Below, piece by piece: positions 1 through 9,847 of a stretch of 64,000 bases of DNA. The DNA comes from an uncultured Mucispirillum sp. GTDB lineage: Bacteria; Chrysiogenota; Deferribacteres; Deferribacterales; Mucispirillaceae. The notes under the pieces are model-generated. The model worked only from the letters and a program-made list of their open reading frames with translations, ran no database searches and had not been told where the DNA came from. How positions within the stretch are numbered: the stretch's first letter is position 1; every line of letters starts with the position of its first letter. The DNA lies in the NCBI GenBank assembly GCA_944326705.1, contig CALVEY010000006.1, forward strand, positions 1,397 through 65,396, read 5' to 3'. The position numbers were made by a program, and so were the translations under genes.

Positions 1-73
1 TTTTGTGGGCTAAATTGCAGTTATTTTGTTGGGTATATAAATGTATGATAAATAAGAAATAATTGAAATTTAT

Positions 74-153
74 TACACTTTTTGCAACGAAAAAATGTGA
101 AATACTACACTTTTTACAGGGAAAAAGTGGGAAATATTACATTTTTTACAGGG
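74..153. repeat. Three imperfect direct repeats, 32-bp period
   Basis: TACA(C/T)TTTTT at 74, 106 and 138; the middle unit is a perfect CACTTTTT-acaggg-AAAAAGTG inverted repeat (108-129). Confidence 0.8.
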
Positions 154-287
154 AAAGTAATTGCAGTCATTATATTAAACCTATTGTATATATAAAAATC
201 TTTAATATTTCAGCATAAAATATGTGGTTTATAATATTATTTTTATAAAAAATAGTTTACTTTTTATATGTATTTTTATATATTTAT

Positions 288-327
288 AAACACATATAAA
301 CACATTGAAGCACATGTAAGCACATTT
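288..327. repeat. Four phased AA(A/G)CACAT repeats, 10-bp period
   Basis: CACAT at 291, 301, 311, 321 (ATGTG on the minus strand). Confidence 0.85.
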
Positions 328-410
328 AAATGCTTTTAAGTATCTTGAAATATTAAAAAATAGCTATAAATACTTGCATGTATTTATATAATAACAGATA
401 GAGCATCAGA

Positions 411-1250
411 ATGAAAAAAACATATACCCCATTAAGATATCCTGGTGGAAAAAGTAAGCTGGCTAAACAATTTGAAGTAATATGTAAATCTAACAATATC
501 AATATGTATATAGAGCCTTACGCAGGTGGGTTTGGTATTGGTTTATATTTGCTTTTAAATAATATTGTAAAAAATGTTATTATAAATGATATTGACCCTC
601 TTATTTATTCTTTTTGGTATTCTGTATTAAAACATAATAAAAAATTTATAGATATGATATATAATACTGATATTACAATGGATAATTGGTATAAATATAA
701 AGATATAATAAATAATTATAGTAATTATGATAAACTTACTGTTGGTTTTGCTACTTTTTTTATGAATAGAACAAACCGTTCTGGCATAATTAAAGCAGGG
801 GTCATTGGTGGTAAAAATCAAAATGGTAACTATAAACTAGATGCTCGGTTTAAAAAAGATGAGTTAATAGAAAAAATAGAGCGTATTAATAAATATAATG
901 GTAATATTAAACTTTATAATAAAGATGCCCTTGCATTAATTAAAACAATAAAAAATAAGCTAGACAGTCATTCTTTAATATATTTTGACCCACCATATTA
1001 TTATAATGCAAATACACTATATAATAACTTTTATGCACCAAAAGACCATAGAAAAATAGGTAATTTTATACAAAAATTAGCTTATCCATGGATAGTTACT
1101 TATGATGATGTAAAAGAAATATCGGATATATATAGTAATTCTCAAAAGTTTAGTTATACACTAAATTACAGCATATCTAAATATAATAATAAAGGCAGAG
1201 AGTTACTGATATATAATAAAGTTTACTTAAATGAGTCTTCTTTTATATAA
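411..1250 (+). CDS. DNA adenine methyltransferase, Dam/D12 class
   Basis: LRYPGGKSKL, YIEPYAGG (SAM-binding), IYFDPPY (catalytic motif IV); target sequence cannot be read from the protein. Confidence 0.92.
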   Translation: MKKTYTPLRYPGGKSKLAKQFEVICKSNNINMYIEPYAGGFGIGLYLLLNNIVKNVIINDIDPLIYSFWYSVLKHNKKFIDMIYNTDITMDNWYKYKDIINNYSNYDKLTVGFATFFMNRTNRSGIIKAGVIGGKNQNGNYKLDARFKKDELIEKIERINKYNGNIKLYNKDALALIKTIKNKLDSHSLIYFDPPYYYNANTLYNNFYAPKDHRKIGNFIQKLAYPWIVTYDDVKEISDIYSNSQKFSYTLNYSISKYNNKGRELLIYNKVYLNESSFI

Positions 1251-2899
1251 TCATCAATTTTAAATTGATAATAAGTTAAAGTTTTATATAACATGTTCTT
1301 GAGTCCAACATAAAAAAATTTAAGTTTTTCATTATTATTATCATCATCAAGCCATATATTACACATTATATCAAAAAAATCATTGTTATTATTAAATAAC
1401 TCTTTATATATTTCTCTATCTTTTTTATTTTCTTTTTTCAATTTAGTAAATTGATTTTTAATTTTAGAAAATTCAGCTTGCATATTACCATGTCTAGCAA
1501 TGTTTTTTTGCGCCCAAAACTCAGGATTATTTTCATTATTTAATGCATAGTTGTACAATACTTTTTCTGGAGAATCCTCACCTGGTAGAAAAAGAATATG
1601 TTTTGAAAAAAAATTATTTATATCTTTATTATTTGGCTGCTGGTCGCCATCCAGTATGCAGTAAACACCTTTACTATTTTCTAAAAATATTTTGTCATTA
1701 AATAAGTTTAATAGTTCCTTAGAACCACAATTTATATTTAATATGTGCAAAACACTATTTAGATTTTTAAAGTACTTATCTGTTTTTTTATGTTCTATTA
1801 TTTTATTAAAAAAAAATCTAGCCTCGTTATCTTCAGTATAAATTAATATATGATTTGTCGGTTTTTTATAATTTATTATTTTTTTATTTAAATATGCATC
1901 TATTTTCTCAAGAGTAGGATTTTCCATTAATGTAAGATGTGGGCTAGTATCTTGAATATATATTATGTTTGCTTTATATTGAAATCCGTATTTTATTAAA
2001 TTTAAACTATGGGAAGTAAAAATTACTTGTATTTTATATTTTTTAGAATATTCTAAAATGATATTAAAGAGATTTGCCTGCATTTCTGGATGTAAAGTTG
2101 CATCTAGTTCATCTATTAACAGCATGCTTATAACTTCATCATCTTTATTTGGTATATTATTATAATAATACTTTAAAGATACTAAAGCTGTTAAAATAAT
2201 CATTATATTGTCTTCTCCTGCAGAAATAGTATTAGAATCAATACCTTCTGTTGTCGTATCAAATTCTGCTCTTGATTTAATATTTTCTATTTTTATATTT
2301 TTAAACTGTGTAACAGAAATTCCTGTCAAATCTTTATATAGTTCATATAGTTCCTTTTGATACTTATCAGGTAGTTGCTTTGTTATTTTCTTAATTTTTA
2401 TTGATTTATCATTTATTTTTTTGTCATCTATTTCGCCAAAAGGAAAAAGTCTTGATAATCCAAGATATATAACAGGGATTGTTTTTAATGACATATTTTG
2501 CCCTTTTGGATATTTTAAAATCAACCTGAATCTATTATTTTTTCTTAAACTATTCATTCTTGAAGGATTGTGTCGCCTAAATTCTTGCTTTATGTTATCA
2601 AAATACACAATATCTAGTAAAGCACCTTTTGTTTTTGGAGCAGGGTCATTATATTTTTTATCACCTTTAGTTAATGTTTCTATTTTAGGATTAGTTGTCA
2701 TATTAATTGCATTGATTATTGAGATTACTTCAGTAGCAATGTCATTGCTATTTGGAGCTTTAAAAGCATTGCTGCATAGGTGTAAAATAGATGTTTTACA
2801 TGTTCCATTTGTGCCAGATATTATATTTACATTTTGTGTAAATTTTATGTCTAAATCTTTTAATTTTCTGTATTGATTAAAATGTATTTTTTTTATCAC
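1223..2899 (-). CDS. ABC-type (AAA_15/AAA_21-like) ATPase fused to a C-terminal TOPRIM-like nuclease domain (OLD-like)
   Basis: GTG start with AGGAAGG RBS; Walker A GTNGTCKT, signature ISAGE, Walker B LLIDELDATLHP, H-loop FTSHS; C-terminal IYTED...ILDGD...LPG..SPE. Confidence 0.8.
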   Translation of the reverse strand: MIKKIHFNQYRKLKDLDIKFTQNVNIISGTNGTCKTSILHLCSNAFKAPNSNDIATEVISIINAINMTTNPKIETLTKGDKKYNDPAPKTKGALLDIVYFDNIKQEFRRHNPSRMNSLRKNNRFRLILKYPKGQNMSLKTIPVIYLGLSRLFPFGEIDDKKINDKSIKIKKITKQLPDKYQKELYELYKDLTGISVTQFKNIKIENIKSRAEFDTTTEGIDSNTISAGEDNIMIILTALVSLKYYYNNIPNKDDEVISMLLIDELDATLHPEMQANLFNIILEYSKKYKIQVIFTSHSLNLIKYGFQYKANIIYIQDTSPHLTLMENPTLEKIDAYLNKKIINYKKPTNHILIYTEDNEARFFFNKIIEHKKTDKYFKNLNSVLHILNINCGSKELLNLFNDKIFLENSKGVYCILDGDQQPNNKDINNFFSKHILFLPGEDSPEKVLYNYALNNENNPEFWAQKNIARHGNMQAEFSKIKNQFTKLKKENKKDREIYKELFNNNNDFFDIMCNIWLDDDNNNEKLKFFYVGLKNMLYKTLTYYQFKIDDYIKEDSFK

Positions 2900-2930
2900 A
2901 ATATATCCTTCCTATGTCATTTACCATATA

Positions 2931-4394
2931 TTATATAATATCTTTTAATTTATTGCAATAAGTTAATAGTTCATCAACTTTTTCAACAATTCTTTCCTGC
3001 TCTTTAAGTGGTGGTAGTGGGAAATAAAGAATTTCCCATTTACTTTTTTTAATAATTGGAGTTGCTGTTCCACCAGCATTTTTTCTTAAGATACTAGAAA
3101 AATAAGAACTTTGCATTGTATATAAAATATATTTTAAATTAATATGTTTAAAAGGAGTTAGAGTATTAATTTGTTGGTTGCAACATACATCAACTATATT
3201 AAAAAAACATTTACCTATAGAGCCACCAATACAGACCATTAGAATAGAGTTTTTTTCAATAACTCTTGAATATTGTTTGCCGATTTCTGATAATTTTTCA
3301 TTATCATAATTGATAGAAAAATTACTAATATCTGCTGGTTTTATAAAAGGAATATAGTCACCTTGATATATATGCTTTTCAATAGCAGGTGTAGTTCCTG
3401 TTTGTGTATATCCTACTTCCCCCAGTCTGACCCATTTCCAGTTTTCAGGTATATCATAAGGTGTTTCATCATCAGTAATAGGCGGCAGTGGTTTTTCTTT
3501 TTTTATTTTTCCTTGTTTTATTAGGCTTTCTTTTTCTTTTATAATTTTATCATAAAGTATGCTTGCAGGTTCATCGTGAATATCCTGCGGAACTAATTTC
3601 CCTTCTACTGCATATTGTAAAATAGACTTTGGCAAAGTATCTGCAAAATGTTTATCTAATGCAAATAACTTTTCTTCTTCCTGCTCTAATTTATCACATA
3701 AAGCCATAAGCTCATCAATTTTTTTAACAATTCTTTCCTGCTCTTTAAGTGGTGGAAGTGGGAAAAGATATTCTCGTAAAAATTTTAAAGATACAAATGA
3801 TTGAACTGCTCCAGATGATTTTTTCTGCATTATATATTGGTTTAATTGTAAAAAAATCAATAAATATTTATTATAAAAAAAATGGCTTTGATGAAATTTA
3901 AATAAGGCAACATTTTTTATGGCAAATTGTTTATTTATATTTACAATAACAGGATTTCCAATACTTCCTATCATTGCAAATAAAATATCGCCACTATCAA
4001 CAAATGAACGGTTTGCAATTGCTCTATAATCTTCGCTTGATATATATTTTACATTATCAAATAAAATCATGTTATTAGATAGGTTTTTACTAGTAATTAG
4101 TGGAATACCATTTGATATATATTTAGGTGTATCATGCGTTCCATCTCTTACATCGCACACTTCCCCTAGTCTGACCCATTTCCAGTTTCCAGGAATATTA
4201 TAAGGTATTTCATCATCAGTAATAGGCGGCAGTGGTTTTTCTTTTTTTATTTTACCTTGTTTTATTAATGTTTCTTTTTCTTTTATAATTTTATCATAAA
4301 GCTGGCTTGCAGGCTCATCGTGAATATCCTGTGGCACTAATTTTCCTTCTACTGCATACTGTAAAATAGACTTTTTTAAATCTGCTGCTTTCAT
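2931..4394 (-). CDS. hsdS: Type I R-M specificity subunit with two TRDs
   Basis: Duplicated conserved blocks SILQYAVEGKLVPQD...IPxNWKWVRLGEV and FPLPPLKEQERIV; ATG abuts the hsdM stop (TAGATG). Confidence 0.95.
   Translation of the reverse strand: MKAADLKKSILQYAVEGKLVPQDIHDEPASQLYDKIIKEKETLIKQGKIKKEKPLPPITDDEIPYNIPGNWKWVRLGEVCDVRDGTHDTPKYISNGIPLITSKNLSNNMILFDNVKYISSEDYRAIANRSFVDSGDILFAMIGSIGNPVIVNINKQFAIKNVALFKFHQSHFFYNKYLLIFLQLNQYIMQKKSSGAVQSFVSLKFLREYLFPLPPLKEQERIVKKIDELMALCDKLEQEEEKLFALDKHFADTLPKSILQYAVEGKLVPQDIHDEPASILYDKIIKEKESLIKQGKIKKEKPLPPITDDETPYDIPENWKWVRLGEVGYTQTGTTPAIEKHIYQGDYIPFIKPADISNFSINYDNEKLSEIGKQYSRVIEKNSILMVCIGGSIGKCFFNIVDVCCNQQINTLTPFKHINLKYILYTMQSSYFSSILRKNAGGTATPIIKKSKWEILYFPLPPLKEQERIVEKVDELLTYCNKLKDII
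3415..4374. repeat. Intragenic hsdS direct repeats (3415-3630 and 4159-4374, 744-bp offset)
   Basis: About 216-bp near-identical copies; a second shorter pair starts at about 2985 and 3726. Confidence 0.9.
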
Positions 4395-5831
4395 CTATAC
4401 ATCTCTTTTCATAATAGTTTGAATTTCATGCAGTAAATTATCAATATTTTCTGATATTGCTTTTCTTTCATTTATATAGTTATCAATAAAATCATAAGGA
4501 TTTAATATTTCTTCTTCCTCATGTGGAAATCCGCAGAAATCAAGGTTATAATTATTTGCAATTATTTCATCTATGCTTATAAGCTTTGATACATCGCTTA
4601 TCTCTCTATTATTCCACCAGGCACGCACTGGGTCAAAATGAATATCAAGCATAGGGCGGGTTTTAGAAAAATGTTTATATCCTTCTGGCATTTCAAGCCT
4701 GTAATACCAAATATTTTCTGTTTTTTTGCCTTTTTCAAAAAATAAAAGGTTAGTATTAATATTTGTATAAGGTGCAAACACATCATTAGGAAGTCTTATA
4801 ATAGTATGCAGATTACATTCTTCTAAAAGTTTCTTTTTTATGCTTGTTTTTACATTACCGCCAAATAAAAAACCATCTGGCAGGACAAGACCGCATCTGC
4901 CATTTTCTTTTAATAAATACATAATATGCACCATAAATAAATCGGCAGTTTCTTTTGACCTTAAGTTACTTGGCACAGAGCTTGTAACCGCATCTTCTTC
5001 AGCACCACCAAAAGGTGGGTTTGTAACAATAATATCTACTAAATCATTATCGTTATAATCTGCAACAGGTGTGCGAAGTGTATTATCATTTATAATATTC
5101 GGCACATCTATATTATGCAGTATTAAGTTTGTAACACATAATATATGTGGGTATGGTTTTTTCTCTATACCTTTAATATTTGATTGCAACAGTTTATAAT
5201 CTTCTGGAGTATTTAATGTATATCTATCTATTACACTTGTTAAAAAGCCGCCTGTTCCGCATGCAGGGTCCAGCACTTTTTCATGAATTTTAGGGTCTAT
5301 CATTTCTACTATAAATTTAGTAACAGGTCTTGGGGTATAAAACTCTCCAGATTTACCTGCACTTTGCAGGTCTTTAAGCATTGTTTCATATATATCATTA
5401 AATAAATGGAAATCAGGCATAGCAGTAAAATCAAGCTCTTTATTTAATTTATTAATTACCTGCCTAAGTAATGTGCCAGATTTCATATAATTTATAACAT
5501 CATTTATTGTAGTTTTTAAAAGCCATTTGCGTTTTGTTTTATCATTATAGGTTTCAAGAGATTTAATATCATCAAACATATGTTCAATAAATTTTAAAAG
5601 CTCATCGCCAGTAATACCTTCATCATTAGCTGCCCAGTTACGCCATTGATACATTGTAGGCATAACAGGTTTGTAGTTATCTTCTAAAAGTTCCCATTCC
5701 TGTTCTTTATAATCAAAAGCTTTTAAAAATAAAAGCCATGCAATCTGCCCTATATATTGAGCATCGCCATTTATACCTTCGTCCATTCTCATTATATCTT
5801 TTAATGCTTTTGTTAAGCCTGATATTGCCAT
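4395..5831 (-). CDS. hsdM: Type I R-M methyltransferase subunit
   Basis: GEFYTPR, DPACGTGGFL, NPPF. Confidence 0.96.
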   Translation of the reverse strand: MAISGLTKALKDIMRMDEGINGDAQYIGQIAWLLFLKAFDYKEQEWELLEDNYKPVMPTMYQWRNWAANDEGITGDELLKFIEHMFDDIKSLETYNDKTKRKWLLKTTINDVINYMKSGTLLRQVINKLNKELDFTAMPDFHLFNDIYETMLKDLQSAGKSGEFYTPRPVTKFIVEMIDPKIHEKVLDPACGTGGFLTSVIDRYTLNTPEDYKLLQSNIKGIEKKPYPHILCVTNLILHNIDVPNIINDNTLRTPVADYNDNDLVDIIVTNPPFGGAEEDAVTSSVPSNLRSKETADLFMVHIMYLLKENGRCGLVLPDGFLFGGNVKTSIKKKLLEECNLHTIIRLPNDVFAPYTNINTNLLFFEKGKKTENIWYYRLEMPEGYKHFSKTRPMLDIHFDPVRAWWNNREISDVSKLISIDEIIANNYNLDFCGFPHEEEEILNPYDFIDNYINERKAISENIDNLLHEIQTIMKRDV

Positions 5832-5840
5832 TTTTACCTC

Positions 5841-8204
5841 TTATGCTGCATAAATTTCATTTTCAAGTTCTTTTATAATATTTTCAAAATTTTTTCTACC
5901 CTTAAATATGGTATTTAATATATACATTGGGTTGCCTATTTTATTTACTGGCTCCAGTTTTAATATATCTATAGTTTCTAAATTTCTTATATCAGTTTCT
6001 GCATATTTATCAAGCAGGGCATTTATAACTTCCTGCACTTTTGCACCATATTTAGCAAAATAATTGCGTTTTTTTACATTTGCTATACGCTCTTTTTTAG
6101 TTAATGGTGGTTTATCATAAGCTATATGGCAAAGCATATCAAAAGGGTCTAAATCTTTTTTTGTGTTTGCCTTTAATTCTTCCATAAATATACCAGCTTT
6201 TTCCATTTCATCTATTATTATCGATTTTTTCTCTGCACTGTTCCAAGCCTGCAGAAAATTATCAAGAGTGGCATACTTATTTTTTATATTTTTCCTTGTA
6301 TAGTCTTTAAAAGATTCTGTTATAAGTTTGCCATTATAATCTAAATATTTTACTAAATCTTTTAAAACTGATACTTCCACATTATCAACATAATATTTTT
6401 TAGGCTCATTGTTTGCAAGGGGCAGGGAAGTATCTGGCTTTTCATTCTTTTCTTCTTTTTCTGCTGCTTCTGCTGTAAGTGTTTCATCATCAAATTTATA
6501 TTTTTTGCCTTTTGTAGTTATGTCGTATTCTTCACTTTTCAGCGGCTCGCCGTCAAAGGCAGCATCAGCAAAAAGCCTTGTAACATTTCTAAAATCAATT
6601 ATAGTAAAGTAAAGCTTGTTTTTTTCTTCTACAAGCCTTGTGCCTCTGCCTATAATTTGCTTAAATTCTATTATACTGTTTATGTTGCTGTCTATTACTA
6701 TAAACTCTACAGTTTTAGTATCAACTCCAGTAGATAAAAGTTTAGATGTGGTAACTAAAACTGGGTAGCTTGAGTTTTTATTGCAAAAGTTTTCTATTTG
6801 GTTTTTGCCTTCTTCATTATCACTTGTTATCTGCATAACATATTTATCATTTATTTTTACCATATCTGCATTTTCATTAACTAGAGCCTGCCGCATAAAT
6901 GCTGCATGTTCTTGATTTACACAGAAAAAAATTGTTTTTGCCATTCGCTTGTTATGAGCTTTTAAGTAGTCAGATACATATTTTGCAACAGTTTCTGTTC
7001 GTTTGCCTAAAAATAGTGTTCTGTCAAAATCTTTATCGTTATATTCTCTATCTTCTATTAGATTGCCATATTTATCTTTTTGATTACGCTCTGGGCGAAA
7101 GCCCTCTACATCTTTATCTAATATTACGCGTATTACCTTATATGGTGCAAGGAAACCATCTTCTATACCCTGCTTTAAAGAATAGGTATATACTGGCTCT
7201 CCAAAGTATGAAATGTTAGATACTTCTTTATTTTCTTTTGGTGTGGCTGTAAGTCCAATTTGTGCAGCATTGTCAAAATATTCTAATACTTCACGCCATA
7301 AACTATCATCTTTTGCACTGCCTCTGTGGCACTCATCAACTATTACTAAATCAAAAAAATCTTTGCTAAACTGTTTAAATATATTTTTCGTATCATCCTG
7401 CCCTGTAATACTCTGATATAGTGCTAAATATATCTGGTAAGATTTATCAACTTTTCTATTTGTTACCATCGTCATATTTTTTTTAAATGGTGAAAAATCA
7501 CCAGTATATGTTTGGTCGCGCAAAGCTTCTCTATCTGCTAAAAAAAGTATTCTCTTTTTAATACCTGCTTTCCAAAGCCTCCACGCAATTTGGAATGCTA
7601 CATAAGTTTTGCCAGTTCCTGTTGCCATTACTAAAAAAACTCTTTTTTCTCCATTAATTATTGCATTATATGTATTATTAATAGCATTAAGCTGATAATA
7701 TCTAGGTAGTTTGTCATTTTCTGTATAATATGATGAGCTTAACTGTTTTTCTTTTACACTGTCTATATTATTATATTTTTTATACATATCCATAAGTGTA
7801 TCAGGGGAAGGGAACTCAGCAAGGCTTATTTCTTTTTCTATTTTTTCATTTTCACTTGCATATTTATTATGAAAAAGAAAAGCATCACCATTTGATGAAA
7901 ATACAAATGGTATATTAAGCATTTCAGCATATCCTAAAGCCTGCTGTATACCATCTGATATTTTATGTTTATTATCTTTTGCCTCAATTACTGCAATAGG
8001 TGTATGAAAATTATAAAAAAGCACATAGTCTGCTCGTTTAATAGTATTAATATCACGAATACATGTATTATGCCTTGCAACAATTCTTCCTGCTGTAAGC
8101 TGATATTCTTCTCTTATCTGGTGTTCCTGCCAGCCTGCATTTTTAATAGCAGGTGTAATATATCTTGTACGAATTTCCTGTTCAGTAAGCTCTTTTTTAT
8201 CCAT
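5841..8204 (-). CDS. hsdR: Type I R-M restriction subunit, EcoAI/EcoEI-like
   Basis: AD...IEAK nuclease motif, MATGTGKT, DECHRG, GLTATP, QIIGRGTR, EcoEI-type C-terminus. Confidence 0.96.
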   Translation of the reverse strand: MDKKELTEQEIRTRYITPAIKNAGWQEHQIREEYQLTAGRIVARHNTCIRDINTIKRADYVLFYNFHTPIAVIEAKDNKHKISDGIQQALGYAEMLNIPFVFSSNGDAFLFHNKYASENEKIEKEISLAEFPSPDTLMDMYKKYNNIDSVKEKQLSSSYYTENDKLPRYYQLNAINNTYNAIINGEKRVFLVMATGTGKTYVAFQIAWRLWKAGIKKRILFLADREALRDQTYTGDFSPFKKNMTMVTNRKVDKSYQIYLALYQSITGQDDTKNIFKQFSKDFFDLVIVDECHRGSAKDDSLWREVLEYFDNAAQIGLTATPKENKEVSNISYFGEPVYTYSLKQGIEDGFLAPYKVIRVILDKDVEGFRPERNQKDKYGNLIEDREYNDKDFDRTLFLGKRTETVAKYVSDYLKAHNKRMAKTIFFCVNQEHAAFMRQALVNENADMVKINDKYVMQITSDNEEGKNQIENFCNKNSSYPVLVTTSKLLSTGVDTKTVEFIVIDSNINSIIEFKQIIGRGTRLVEEKNKLYFTIIDFRNVTRLFADAAFDGEPLKSEEYDITTKGKKYKFDDETLTAEAAEKEEKNEKPDTSLPLANNEPKKYYVDNVEVSVLKDLVKYLDYNGKLITESFKDYTRKNIKNKYATLDNFLQAWNSAEKKSIIIDEMEKAGIFMEELKANTKKDLDPFDMLCHIAYDKPPLTKKERIANVKKRNYFAKYGAKVQEVINALLDKYAETDIRNLETIDILKLEPVNKIGNPMYILNTIFKGRKNFENIIKELENEIYAA

Positions 8205-8316
8205 AGTATCACCTTGAAATATATTATAAAAATATATTCAATATGTAAAGATAAATATATGTTATAACTTATTAAATTAAAAAGATTTTTAGAGAATATT
8301 TTATAGATATCATTTT

Positions 8317-8964
8317 TTATTTTGGTGTATTTATTATGTTTTCCTGCTTTATTATGTCACTAATTTTGTTAATGACTTTGTTTGAATAAATATGTTTTTG
8401 GAAAGTAAGATATCTAATTAATGATACCAGTTCTTTTTGATATATTATATATGCATTATCTGCTTTATAAGTAATATTTGGAATTTTGCATTTGTTACTG
8501 AAAATAATAATGGAATAGTAGGGTAAATCAAACTTTTGTAAAAGTTTTTTTGCTGCAGCAAGATGTATTTCATTCTGCTTAACTGGGTTTAAAAATTCAT
8601 ATTTTATGCCTTTTTTATTAGTATGATACCACAGCTTGTCATTAATGCTGCCTTCTAAACTGCCGAAATAATTTTTACATTCAAGCACATATATACCTGT
8701 ATTATGGACAGCTAAAATATCTATTTCTGTAACATTGCCATTATTATTTTTAAGAAAAACATTTTTAAAGATAGAGTTTTTTTGAAAGAAATTTTTTATC
8801 AGTAAAAGTATTGTTGTTTCATAAAGTCTGCCAGGCACTTCATTTCTATATTTTTCATTTCTTTCTTTTTTAAGCCTGTATTTTTTTGTGACAAGATATA
8901 TTTTAATAACTGCATATATCAAAAAACACAAAATAACAGCAGATAAATAGAATAAATCATACAT
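8317..8964 (-). CDS. NERD-domain nuclease with N-terminal membrane anchor
   Basis: TEIDILAV...GIYVLECKNYFG...NPVKQN; hydrophobic first 25 aa. Confidence 0.85.
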   Translation of the reverse strand: MYDLFYLSAVILCFLIYAVIKIYLVTKKYRLKKERNEKYRNEVPGRLYETTILLLIKNFFQKNSIFKNVFLKNNNGNVTEIDILAVHNTGIYVLECKNYFGSLEGSINDKLWYHTNKKGIKYEFLNPVKQNEIHLAAAKKLLQKFDLPYYSIIIFSNKCKIPNITYKADNAYIIYQKELVSLIRYLTFQKHIYSNKVINKISDIIKQENIINTPK

Positions 8965-9033
8965 ATTTGTATCTCATATAAGATAAAAGCATTATTTTTA
9001 TATCATAAAAGTATATTTAACTATATATAAATT

Positions 9034-9579
9034 CTAAAATAGATATTTTACAGCTTTTAAAAGGGTGCGCATTAAGTCTTCCATATCATCATTATTATTA
9101 TTATTAGATTTATTTTCTTTTCTATAATCCCATGGGGCCTGCGGGTTGTCCTCTTTCCATAATCCTAACTTCTGCTCTCTTGCATTTTTTTCTGCTTCTG
9201 CATATTTTTTTGATTTGTAATAATATTTATAATGCCATGCCCAGCCTGCTTTTATCATTTCATAATTTAAATCTTTATTATCTCCGTAAAGAGTGGCAAC
9301 TACTCTGCCATAGTCATCTTTACTGCGTATTTTATATGTAAGATTTTTATTTTTTACTATTTTTCTAAGATAATCTCTTGATGCCTGCCCATATTTTTGT
9401 GTTGTTTCTGGAGCATCTATACCATAAAGCCTGATTTTAATTTTTTTATTATCACTGTTTATAATATTTAAAGTATCGCCGTCAGGAATGGATACAATTT
9501 TTATAATGCTTTCATCAGCCAAAGAAGTAAAAGGCAGCATAAACATAAAAATAAAAAATGTTAAAAAAGCTTTTTTCAT
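9034..9579 (-). CDS. Secreted thermonuclease (SNase family)
   Basis: Signal peptide; DGDT, IRLYGIDAPE, DDYGRVVA, AREQKLGLW. Confidence 0.92.
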   Translation of the reverse strand: MKKAFLTFFIFMFMLPFTSLADESIIKIVSIPDGDTLNIINSDNKKIKIRLYGIDAPETTQKYGQASRDYLRKIVKNKNLTYKIRSKDDYGRVVATLYGDNKDLNYEMIKAGWAWHYKYYYKSKKYAEAEKNAREQKLGLWKEDNPQAPWDYRKENKSNNNNNDDMEDLMRTLLKAVKYLF

Positions 9580-9789
9580 AAGTAATCTCTCATTAATTAT
9601 TTAACACTTTCAAAATATTTGTTGGTGATTATTTGATTTTATTTGTTGCAAAAATACTAATAAATACATTAATATCTTCTGAACAATTTATAAATTACAT
9701 AGAACTTTAGTAAATATAAAATGTCTAATTCATAATTGCAACTATTTTATTAAAATATGTCCGCACTGTGCATTATGTAATATAATAGA

Positions 9790-9826
9790 TTGACAAATTT
9801 ATGCAATTTATGTAATTTATGAATTT
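9790..9826 (+). promoter_or_regulatory. Putative promoter of the TolC gene, overlapped by three AATTTATG repeats
   Basis: TTGACA at 9790-9795; AATTTATG at 9796, 9805, 9814; weak -10. Confidence 0.45.
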
Positions 9827-9847
9827 CAGTTTTTATTAGGAGATAAT

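Noticed and set aside
74-153. CRISPR array
   Set aside because: Units are contiguous 32-bp repeats with no unique spacers, and no cas genes are present
2931-8204. Phase variation by simple repeats or invertible hsdS cassettes
   Set aside because: Only short A/T runs typical of the genome; no silent hsdS copies or recombinase
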